Assembly (NCBI RefSeq): GCF_964355755.1
Contig: NC_092677.1
Coordinates: 24,167,175-24,231,174 of the forward strand
Reading direction: 5' to 3'
Length of the DNA stretch: 64,000 nt
From: Antedon mediterranea
Lineage: Eukaryota > Animalia > Echinodermata
In this document: positions 25,201 through 37,200 of the stretch, piece by piece
Layout of the letters: every line of letters begins with the position of its first letter
Numbering within the stretch: position 1 is the first letter of the stretch
Made by a program: the position numbers and the translations under genes
Notes under the pieces: generated by a model
Databases searched by the model: none
Seen by the model: only the letters and a program-made list of their open reading frames with translations
What the model was told of the DNA's origin: nothing

Positions 25201-28200
25201 ACCTCTCACAGTAGTACCTGCCTCATCTAACAAACCAACACGCACCACAGCAACTGTAACTCCTCTCAGTCAATCGGCAAGTACGATGACAGTTACTAGC
25301 GGCAACAGTTCCGGTAACAATGCCATGAGTACAACGAGGACTTCAAGTTTTGCAGCAGCCTTACGTAAACTTGCTAAGAAAGCAACTGATATCCATGGTA
25401 TTTATTACATTATATTCATTTGCTAAATACTGTATTGTATACAAATTTAATTAGTTTGTTTGTTTTATTAGTTTCTCCACACATTCTAAAATAAAAGATA
25501 AAAATTACAAATTGCAAAAAGAAAATTACAATAAACAAGAAAAACATAAAAAATGTGCGGATGGAGGTCGCGGACAACTTTAAGTCGTGACCACCAGTCA
25601 AAAAAAAATAAAAATAAATAATATTAAACAATCTTAATATTAAAGCTCATGTACAGGCATGAATTTTAATCTATCTGGTTAATTGTATATAAATCAAATA
25701 TTTGTAATAGAAAAAAAACATGAATTTCCTTTAAAATGGTCAACTTCAAAATTTGGCAAAATTCGACAAAATCCTGCTATAAAAACCAGGAATTTTCAAA
25801 AGAAAAAACCCAACTAATATTTATAAATTTGTTTATTTATTTGCTCTAAACATTTGTCACATATATGGCTCTTGAGTACATTTACAAAACCGGTGAAAGA
25901 ATCTTTATGTTCTTGTATTTTACACATTACTACATGATGATGTCATACCACTACCATATTTGGGCATATAACTACCATATTTGGGCACATCAAATTTTTT
26001 TGTCAATAAAATTCAATCATGTGGTATTAATATTACATAGTAATGGTATGTGTTTAAAAAATATAAGAACATAAAGATTAAATTTGGATTATTAAGTTTT
26101 TGTTTCTATTTAACAAAAGTGTGTCATTATTATATGGAATACACAGTAACTGAATAAAAAACAAAATAGGGTCATGTGATCTATACATTCAGACTAACAC
26201 AGAATAAATTATGTGTTGCAAAATCAATGAACTTTAACTTTATGAATATAAATTAAAATAAACAATAGACTAATATACTACAATAAAGTAGCCATATATC
26301 ATTTATTGTAATGATAGAAAATAAAGCCAGATTGTAAAAAAAATGATTTATGAACTAAATCGCTAACAATCTGTGCACTCTGCAATCTATGTGACTCAAA
26401 CAACCATAAAATGACATACCTTAAAATAACAAAGTCATTAACAGAAGCTGAATATTCATTTAAATAAGAATTCAGAAGATTAATAACTTTAAAGCTAAGA
26501 AAAATTATGTCGGTAATAAATCTAAATAGTTGTTACAGCAGGCCATTATCTACAATTGTTTCACCTTATACTTCAAGTCAACTGAACACTATAAATTATA
26601 TATTCTTGCAAACAAAGGCTGTGTTTAGATCTTATACTTGTAATTTATTTCCTGTTAATGTTTATCTGTTCTTTTCCTAATATGATCATATCACCCACCT
26701 CTGACCTATGCCAGTTCTAATCACATACACAGGGTATCAGTTTATGACCTCTTCTTTGATCTTTGACCTTCCATGCTGTCAGTCTCCTTTCACTTCCTTT
26801 AATCAGTATCTGAACTAGTCTGAGGTCACAGGTCAACATTCAACTGATACCTATAAGGCTGCTGGTAAACAATGTACTGTACAACAATCCATATTCTATG
26901 GTGTACGATGACAAATTTAGGTGGGGAAGCGGGCTAGCGTTTGAATCAGAAACGTCCAATGGCGCAGTTAACCTAAACATAAATTTTAAAATGAATATTT
27001 AAACGGGATGGTTTGAGGAAGAAAACTTTATTATATTTCTCCCAAGTCTAAATAACTATTTAAATATTAAAAGGAAATAAACCTGCAAACCTTTTTCTGG
27101 ACAATAATAATTTATTTTCAAAAATTACCTACCTTCCAGCTGCAGGCCTTGTCTTTTGAAAATTGTAGGTGTGCTACAAATTGCACTCCTCAATACATTC
27201 AGGGTTGCTTTAGTAGGTGTTCTGTTTGTATTTTGGTGTGCAAAAGTTTACCAAATTTAAGCGTGTTGTAAATCGCACTCCTCAAGGGCAGTTTAGGAGT
27301 GTGTTAGGTGAGTGATCGCTCTCGCTGCTCGCCTTAGAAGACAAGGCCTGCAGCTGGGTGTAAAGGTTTAGGTTAGATTTGTTTTGTTTTTAAATGGGTC
27401 AATGTCAACATCCCTGAAATTTATCTATTAGACTTTGGTATATAACCTATTTATTACAAAAACTGTGGATCATATCTAAAATATTTATACAATTATGGAG
27501 GAAATAAGACTTTTATTGGCAAATGTTCATTAGCATAACAATACATAACACAATGGCGAAAACAAAGAACACAATACTATTATTGTTTATGCATTGTCTA
27601 CTGTGTTGTAAATTAATGTAAAACCTGGATATAATAGTTTAATGTATAGGTAACTACATGTTAACTACTAGTTAACTGAGTAATTAACTAGGTTAAGTGT
27701 TAATTAACTGGTTGGAAGACCAAATGTATAAATTGTTTAACTACCAAACTGGTTAGTTACAGTACATTAATGCTACTTCGTGCTTAGTATTAATATATAA
27801 ATATACTTTGTCTTGGGAGTTTCTGGTTAAAACTATGAGCAGCCAGAGGTGCCTGAAATAGTAGTCCTAATATTATTTGCTGAGAGACTTTAGTTAATCG
27901 GGCTTTAGTTCAGGAGGCTAATAATAATTGATACAGTATCTAGTCAGGCTAGGTTTCATAGAAGTTTTTTTCCCCTAATAACAGTTTTGAAAATGTTATA
28001 ATCTTTCAGATGAACCTGCATGTGATACGTCGCCCTCTGCAGCAAGCCGTAATTCCACCCCTTCCCATAGCGTGAAATCATCGCACATTGTGCCACCACA
28101 ACATATGATTCCTACCAGTACACCTCCTGTTGTTACTATCGCCCCAACACAAACTGCAAACCATGGATTGGACAGCAAAAGGGTATGTATCAATTAATTA

Positions 28201-31200
28201 AAACGGTATAATGCACAAAACCTCCTTCACATTATCAATACCAACCATGGTCATTTTTTTACCAAACACCTATAGAAAGATACCGCCATGTTGCAGCTTT
28301 AGTAATCAGCGCAGTTTTACCAGGTACCCTGTACACCTGGGTGGAAAGAGGCAAACATACAAGCAATGTAATGGTTCATAAACCAAAGCTATACGAACTT
28401 TCTCTTATGTCATAATAGTCTAATCAGACTGAGTCTAATTATAACTGTCAATTATAATAAAAATATATTTGGTTACCGAAAGGTGTAATATTTGATAAAT
28501 TGCTACTGTAAACCACCCTGTAATTTAGCAAACATTATCCTCATTAGCATGTGTTAGTCAATGACAAGGGGAAACAGTGATGTCATAAACAACATTGTGA
28601 TTTTAATATAATAATGCTATTAAATTAGATTCAAGGTTTCAATGGTGTAAAGACCTTGGCACTTGATTGAAAACTGGATATGATGAGTGGCAAGTGTACA
28701 ATATATCTCTGTTTATTAATAACACATTGAGCGTGCAGATCCACTGGGTGTGTCAATGAAAACCATAGAGTAGGAATAAAAGAAAAGATTTCTTAAAAAT
28801 ACACTGGTTTGAATGAGTCAATAAAAAGAAGCTTAAAGGTTATCACACCTATTTGTTATTGTTCTCTGTAGTACTTGTTTTGAACATATTAAATAGGATT
28901 GTTATATTGTAATTCACTATGTAAACTTATTTTCATTGAAGAGCTAGATAAAAAAACTGCCGTCCCCTCCCCATGCTCTAACAATTTCGAGTCTATTATG
29001 TGTTATTATCTATATATTTATTGTCCCTGGTGGTTAATGTTCATCGCTTGTTTGCTTACTATCAGTAAAAAGAGCACATCGGTATTGAACCTGTCACTTC
29101 TAAATTTAAAAACCATACATATGTCAAATTGTGCTGTTCAACTGGTCTTTATCCAACAACAAATTGGAAACATTATTTTAATTGCATTTCAATCATCAAT
29201 GGAATGTTCTATTTAATATCATCGTAATAAAACATTCTCTTCTCACATTTTATAATAAAAAAATCTATTATAGAAAATATGAAATATTAATAATTAAATC
29301 TGTATAATTAAATATGATACTTGTTGTCACTATGTAAATAATTCAGTCAGAGAAGTAGTGCGATATAATTGGAACGAAGTATTATTAATTTTCTTTTGAG
29401 AAAACTCACCCAAGAAAAACTATTTTAATATTGGACATGCAAATATTAATTTTCACGTTAAAACTGTAACAATTTATTGAGGAATAGGGTTTTTTTTTTG
29501 TTCAAAAGCAAAGTAAAAACAACATGAGTAGGCAAGACTTAAAGCCCCATTCCCTACGTTTTTTAGATCTAATTTAAGATCACAAACTATATTTAATGTA
29601 AAAATAATACTACATGGTCCTATTGCGATAACTTTTTTTGTCTTTAAACGGTTAAAAATGTGAAAAATAAGTCGATTTTAATAATTATAGCGGCCCGCTA
29701 TAAATCCCAAAATGCATTGCGCGCGTATTGATATTTTTGTTTTTCACCTGTAATTCGCCCACTTTTCGATCGATCGTGAGGCCAAAACAAATGGAAGACT
29801 CCTAACTTTTCAGCGAAAATATCGGGTTTTCCCCAATTTGTATCAACGGAGTCTGGCAAAAATAGAAAGACAATTAATGCAGCAACTATACAACGTCAGG
29901 CTAGGTATATAGCTAGCGTACGATGTTCGTACGTTACCGATGATTACCAGCTAGGCCTAAAAACTAAGCCTAGCCAGGCTAGGCCTAAGACCGTCCACGA
30001 GAGGTCGATCGCCGCGAGCTACTTAGGTAGTGCATTGTTTCTCACTTTTTATCATAATTTACCATAAAACGTACATTTAAGACAAGGAATGACATGGTTT
30101 AATGTTTTTAAAGTGATATATATGTATTATTTTCCAAAAAACGTCCAAAATTGCAGGGAAGGGGTCTTTAAACAATTCAAATACCGTATATTTCGGTGTA
30201 TAAGTCGCACTTTTGACACGCAAATTTGACCTCTAAATTAAGGGTGCGTCTTATACACCGAACATAAATGCCTCACCACACAGATTGTACATAATCGTCA
30301 CCTTGTTGGCACAGCTAGGCCTGAGTAGGCTAGGCCTAGACTAGCTACAGTGTAATAACGTAACGACAACCTGCTTCTGCCTAGTTTTCAAGGCATTTTA
30401 GCGTGATGTTATACTAAATATGATGAAAAGATTTGTTCATTATAGAGCTGTTTTAGGCGCTCCGATAAAATTTAATTTGTAAACGTTTACGATTGGAATG
30501 TATTTATTTATAGTTATACACATGATCGCCGACCGCCGTACCCCTAGCGCAAGCCCTTTGCGGCCACATGGTGTACGGTATTCGACTAGGATATTCTTCA
30601 GTTGATTATAGCATGGACCTAGCGTATACACTTCTCGGATACATAGATACTAATCGAATACGATTGTCCGTGAAAACGTGCGCCCTCTCGAAATGATCGA
30701 GCGAGGCTAGCCCACACACGTGCGTGTTTTACACACACGGTCATGCACTCGATGTTGCGGGTGCGAAACTCATGAATAACAAGTTAGAAAGAACTTGTTG
30801 AGGCTGGGCGCGGCCGAGCCTAGGTAAGAAAAAACCTAAATAAAGGACGCCGTTGTAGATATAACAAAATATATTATTACAATATATTGATTACAATTTA
30901 ATACAAAATTGTTTTGATGAAATATAAGGTGCGTCTTATACATCGACGATATAAAAAATACCGATATTTTACTCTCAGTTAGGGGGTGCGTCTTATACAC
31001 AGGTGCAACTTATACACCGAAATATACGGTAGTAAAATTACTACAAGTTTCATTTATGCAATCTATAATGTACAGTAGATGCATACCAATTGAAAGAAAT
31101 ATCTCCATTTTATCTCATCAAGAATTTTAGATTTGAGGGAAACAACTAGCCTTTTTTATCTACTTGGAAACACTATTATATACTTTAAATATAATTTTCC

Positions 31201-34200
31201 TAATCTACCATATTTTTATACATCTACCAAATAATTGTACATATTACTTTACTGTTATTATTCATATCACTTTATTATATGTAATTATTGATTTCAATGT
31301 CTTTGTGTTTAGAAGCTTTCTTTATTGATACAACAGCTACTCTGACCTCCCAGAGTACAGTAGATGTTTTATAGCACTGGCACTATTGTGTTTAGACATT
31401 TAAACATTATTGTCTGATAGGTGAACAAAGACTATGAGAAGCAACAGCCTAATAAAGGCCAATCTAGCAAATTATCGCTTACAGCCTGTGTAACCAACAG
31501 ATATTAGTTTTCAAAATAAATGCGAGGTTCGTGTATTGTCATTGTTTAATATTAATTTATTATGTTATTTTATTCTTTGGCTCAACTCCTACGATACATT
31601 TTTTTGATCGATCATATGGAAATTTAAAGAAAAATGTGCTAGCTATATGATATGAATATTTTAGTGAGTCAGGGTTGATTGAAATATATATATATTTTTT
31701 TATTTTTATATATTTTTTTAATATTTTTTTTATTTATATATCATATTTTCATATATCATTTGAGTCATGAACAAGAAATTAGAACATATTGAAAACTAAA
31801 TCCTATTTATTATCACTGTGCGTGCAACCAAAATAGATATGATAGCCCAGAGTGCTATATTAAATCCTATTTATTATCACAGTGCGCGAGTGCAACCAAA
31901 ATGGGTATGGTAGCACGCAGTGTTAAAATAAATCCTATTTTTTACCATTGTGCGCGAGTTCAATCAAAGAAACTCCTCACAATAACAAACACATAAATTA
32001 TCTAAATCTTCTATATAGGAGTTTTTATAGAAGAGTCAATTATTTACTGTATATTATAGATTCTTTTGATTGGAGGATTGTCGGTCACATGAATTCAATA
32101 ACTACTCCATTGAACTTGTTTGTCATTGTAGTGGGTTTTATATAGTCGGTTCCGAGCGTATGCTTTCTCTGGCGTATTAAATCCACGAGACCGTACACTG
32201 ACTGTCAAAATGATTCCACATACAAAAGTATACAATATTCAACTAAACTTTTATTTCTTGTAACTCAGAATTAATACAACTTTCTATCAGACTAGACCTT
32301 TCTTCTCTATACGTCTTTCTTCTATCCTCTAATATTCTCTTCTCCTCTAATATTTATAACAGTTTACTACTTATACTTGACATGCAAATTAGGGGCTTCT
32401 GAGGAGAATCAAATGTTGCCTCCAAAAGTTTCCCACCAAAATACTATACTATTCTGATTGGCTCATAAATTAAGCAGACCTAGTCTGAAACATCCTTTAT
32501 CTAACCACAGGAAATCAGATACATAATATTATGACAGTCATCAAGAGTGCAATTTTGTTATGCGAGTGCAATATCCTTTGTGTCCATTGAATTTTGTTAT
32601 ATATGCATGTTCATCCTAGTTACACCATGAGCTAGCTGGGTGTCACGAAAGCTAAGACCACGAAAGCTCAGACCCCCTAAGACCTAAGATCACGAAAGCT
32701 AAGACCCAACACCTAAGATTACAAATATTTATCTTTCGCACCCGCCTTGTATTTTAACTCCCAACATTTATTCTGAATACCACACCTTAGAATTGGCACT
32801 TTCATGAAAAAGAATCACATAAAAAGTAACAAATACATTTTTAAATTGATGATTTTACAGACGTTTTTCTCGCACACAAAATGACTAGCCTACAGTACAG
32901 TAGGCCTACCCCATGGGCCATGTTCAATGTTTTTGTTTCTATGGAACGTCAAAAGAGCAAAAATTATATAGAGGGCTGAAAACTCTGTGGAGTCCATCTA
33001 CAGTGTGGATAGAACAATGTAAAATTAAAATGGCAATGATAATAGTATAATCATGCAAGTACGAAGAAATAAATACTGGCTAATAAATTTTAATTTAAAA
33101 ATCATGATAAGTTTTTTTGTTTCGTTTTCTTTCTGTTTTTATACTTGTTTTGTACTATTATTGTTGCTCTTTTGGCGCTCCATAGAAACAAAAACATTGA
33201 GCATGGGGAGCTCGAGGAGTTACATTACAGTATACAAAGAAACACATCTGTAAAATCATCAATTTAAAGGATTTATTTATTTGTTATTATGTGTTTCTCC
33301 TAATTTTAAAGTGTGGTGTTCAGGATAAAGTTAGTCAACAAATTTGGAGTCAAAATACAAGAAAGGCAGGTGCGTAAGAAAAACATCCTCTGAACCAACA
33401 CAATGGAGTAAATATATACCAACAAACAACCTGTCAAGTTTGTTTGTTGTAAAGAAAAAATATACATTTACTCAACGGGCGAAAATAATGTGAGTTTATC
33501 TATGTTTTGCGGTAGTTTATGGTAATAAATTAAACCTACTGTGTTTAAAATTATGTATGGATAAACAAGTATTGTTTTTAAGCTGTAGTATATCTTAGTA
33601 TTTGTAATCTTAGGTGTTGGGTCTTAGCTTTCGTGATCTTAGGTCTTAGGGGGGTCTGAGCTTTCGTGGTCTTAGGTTTTGTGACACCCTGAGCTAGCTA
33701 GACTGTTGATCACATTCGAAAATCAACTGATGTGTGTGCCGTCTATATTTGTCACTACCCCTCATCCAAAATTGGAGCAGCTGCATTTTTAATTTGTTTA
33801 TAGGCCTATCCACACACTAAAAGTTGGTGCCTTGTGACAAATAATTTTATTCAATGACAGATGATGTTCTATAATGTTCACCTTATGTAATTATTTGTAC
33901 CATTGCACTCACAATTATGTACTTATTGTCTATTTTTAAACCATGCAATCAACTACCTGATTGAACCATAAAGTAGGTGCCTTGTAACAAATAATTTCAT
34001 TCATTGACAGATGATGTTCTATTTTTACCTTATGAAATTATTTGTACCATTGCACACACAATGTATATAATTTAATATATATATTTTTTATTTTATAATT
34101 TAAACTTAGCTTTGGAATTTTGATATTTTGATATATACAGGCTTTAAGTCATAGTGATTAGGTTCGCTTTTGTGTCCCATGCCAACTCACTCAGTTGGTT

Positions 34201-37200
34201 CTATTGTTTTTTTTGTATGTCGTGACGTGTTCTTCATGTATTTTATATTTGGCAATAAAAGAATAAAAAAAACAAACAAAAAAACATTCACTAATTGTCT
34301 ATTTTTAAACCATGCAATCAACTACCTGAACCACTAAAAGTAGGTGCCTTGTGACAAATAATTTCATTCAATGACAGATGATGTTCTATAATGTTCACCT
34401 TATGTAATTATTTGTACCATTGCACTTGCAATTATGCACTAATTGTCTATTTTTAAACCATGCAATCAACTACCTGAACCATCTTGTTTCCCTACAAATT
34501 TGCTTGCTACCACATTTACTGTCAATAAGCAACTACAGTAACCTCGGTCCCCGTCAAGTGTCTGGTTTTTCTACAAATTAATTCATCCTATATATTTGTT
34601 TGTTCCATTTGTTTCGGCATGAATTTGATATTGATGTTCAGAAAAAAAAATTTAAATTTATGGCAATAAAATAGATTTTACTAATGGTTCAATCAAATCT
34701 TATTTTGCTATGGAAACAATATTTCATGTGAATTAGTCCCTGTTCACCAATTGCATTGTGGGATTTCATTTTTTGAAAGGTTATATGATTTCTAAATTTT
34801 TCTGTAATATCAAATTTAAAAACATTTGTTGATGTAAAGCATTTTTTTGACACATTACCAAAATGAATTTTCAACAAGTTCTTGCCATTAAGCCATTCCC
34901 AATTAGGGGTATTAGCTGTATGTTTTATTCCTGAGTGGCTCATAAATGAATAAAAGAGGCTTGGCCTGCCAGAAGCTTTTAGGCCTAAACAGGACCATGT
35001 CAAACTGATTATACTGTACTCCAGTTACTGCAGTAGCTAAATTTTGTTTACACTATAACCTATAATCAACAGGGGCAGTGTTGAGTGGGGTATAATCATT
35101 TGTGGTGACTTCCTAATAAACTAAAATCTTGCGTTGTTGCAGTAAAAAATCTAGTTACTGCAGTAACTGCAGGAGAAGAATTTGATTTTGTTCTGATCTC
35201 AAAGTTATCTGTTATTTTACATGATTTACTTTGCTAGATTTAACGATTCAAGTAGTTTTGTGTGTGAACACTCAATTTCTATTAAGTGGTTCATTAGTCT
35301 ATGTAACATGTACATGATACATTTTCAGGCTACAGAAAGTTTGTAACCTTTTTTCAATGGTCATAACACATTAATGTAATGGTACTTTTGTGTTTTATAG
35401 TTGAGATAATGGATTTCTAGGACTAAGTGTATGTTGTTTATGTTTGATTTGAACATTTCTTTTTATTAGCCATGATTAATTGTGTTTTCTCTATTGAATA
35501 TATTAGGGTTAACATGATCACAGGTTAGTGACTTGACATTTTTCAATGATTTGTCTGTTCTTCTTTATACAGTTTCTTCCAATGCCAAAAGCAATCTTTA
35601 AGGCGGACTCAAAGTACTTGAGTTAGGACTATAGCCCAGTAAAAACCATTCCTCTGGAAATTTGGAAAATCAGCATACTATACTGTAGGAACCATAGTTC
35701 ATTTTAAACCTGATCTGTGCTAAACTACAGTTTTGTAATGTTAGTGTGGGCAGGTACAATGATGTAGTGTTAGATTGGACAAGCAGTTTGGGCTTGGCAT
35801 GTAATGTGAATTTTGGGCTAGTACAATATCATGCTATGTTAGTTTTGGACTAGTGTAATTGTCAGTTTGGGCTAGTACACCATGTTTTGCCAGTGCAGGC
35901 TAGCAAGTAATGGTAATTTGGTCTTGTACAAATGACATGTAAGCTACAACAGTAGTAAAGCTAGCAGTTTAGTGAGTAGAATAACTCACTGAAAAGCCCT
36001 AAAAATAGCTCTTTTTTTTCTTTATGTTGTTGACTGATCTCTTTCAACCTCTCTGGTGTTGGTTGTAATTTTGGAACAGGAGCTGTTAAGTTATATGGTT
36101 CACTCCCATCCAGCAGGGTGTTTTGATTAAATTGACCCTTTGTGTCAAAGGTCAGACTGAAGTTAGGTTGAGTGACAGGTTTGGAATTCTGCTTGAATGA
36201 TTAATAGCCAGCAGCAGCCTGACCTGTGACCTGTGGTGTAACTGTGTACTTTGTCATGTTAACTATTTATTTCTAGTCAATCATAACAGCATTTTAGTAA
36301 CAATATCAGTAACATTATAGTCTGTGTACTTTTAAGGATATTCCAGTAAAGTACAACCATAGTACTATACAAAGAACTAGTTTTAAGTTGGAAAAAAAAT
36401 AAAAAGCTTATTTTTAGTTAATTACAATATACAGTTGACTCTCTCAATAACTGGAAACATACTGTTGGTATAAGGTCCCTATTAGCCCAGCCCAAGGGTG
36501 TTCGGTATTGGAAGAGTTGATCTACAGCATGATTGAGGCATCAAACCTGACTTTGGTTCCAGAATCCTAGAAAAAGATACAGAGATTTCGCATAAATCGC
36601 CATCATGTGTTTTTTGATAATATTTAGTATTCTCATCCAAGAAAATTTTGCCAAGGCTCTAGGACATGCCATGTACAGGTATGTGGCAATAGGCATGGTC
36701 TTATCCGAAATATGGCTTAAACATTTGTAGACAGAGCCTCAGAATGTACGCTAATGATATTGGTTGGTTTCCAGATTCTTGATGAATTGAATAATAGTTT
36801 GAAAGTTACTAATTGATTTGCAGAAAGTTCTTGTGTGATCAGTTTTAACACTTTTATACCTCAATGTCGTTAAACCCAATGTACCTAATATAACAATAGA
36901 CAAGAATTTCCCAGTGTACTTTTTTTCCATTTGAACGCAGCCAAACTACAATAAGCCTTAAAAAAACAATTTGTTTTTTGTAAACCTCTGTGGTGTGTAT
37001 TTTTAAGTATTATGTAAGTTTCTTCAACCTTTACTACAGACAATTTACTCATGAGAAGTCTCAAGAGTAAATGTGCTACACAGGGAAAGTATGGATACAT
37101 ATGATAGTGGAAAGCATTGTGTAGACACAATTACTACTTTACAAAGTAAATTGCACCTTGTAATGGCATCATGTGGACGCTCATCGAAAGTAACATGGGC

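Noticed and set aside
27996-28193. Minus-strand ORFs overlapping exons (also 60688-60873 and 62804-63007)
   Set aside because: Antisense shadows of the real + strand exons.
36655-36739. Ninth copy of MITE family A
   Set aside because: Only a TIR-like end (GTAGACAGAGCCT) matches and the interior differs, so orientation cannot be assigned. It was excluded from the orientation count, and it would weaken that finding if it proved to be a minus-oriented copy.
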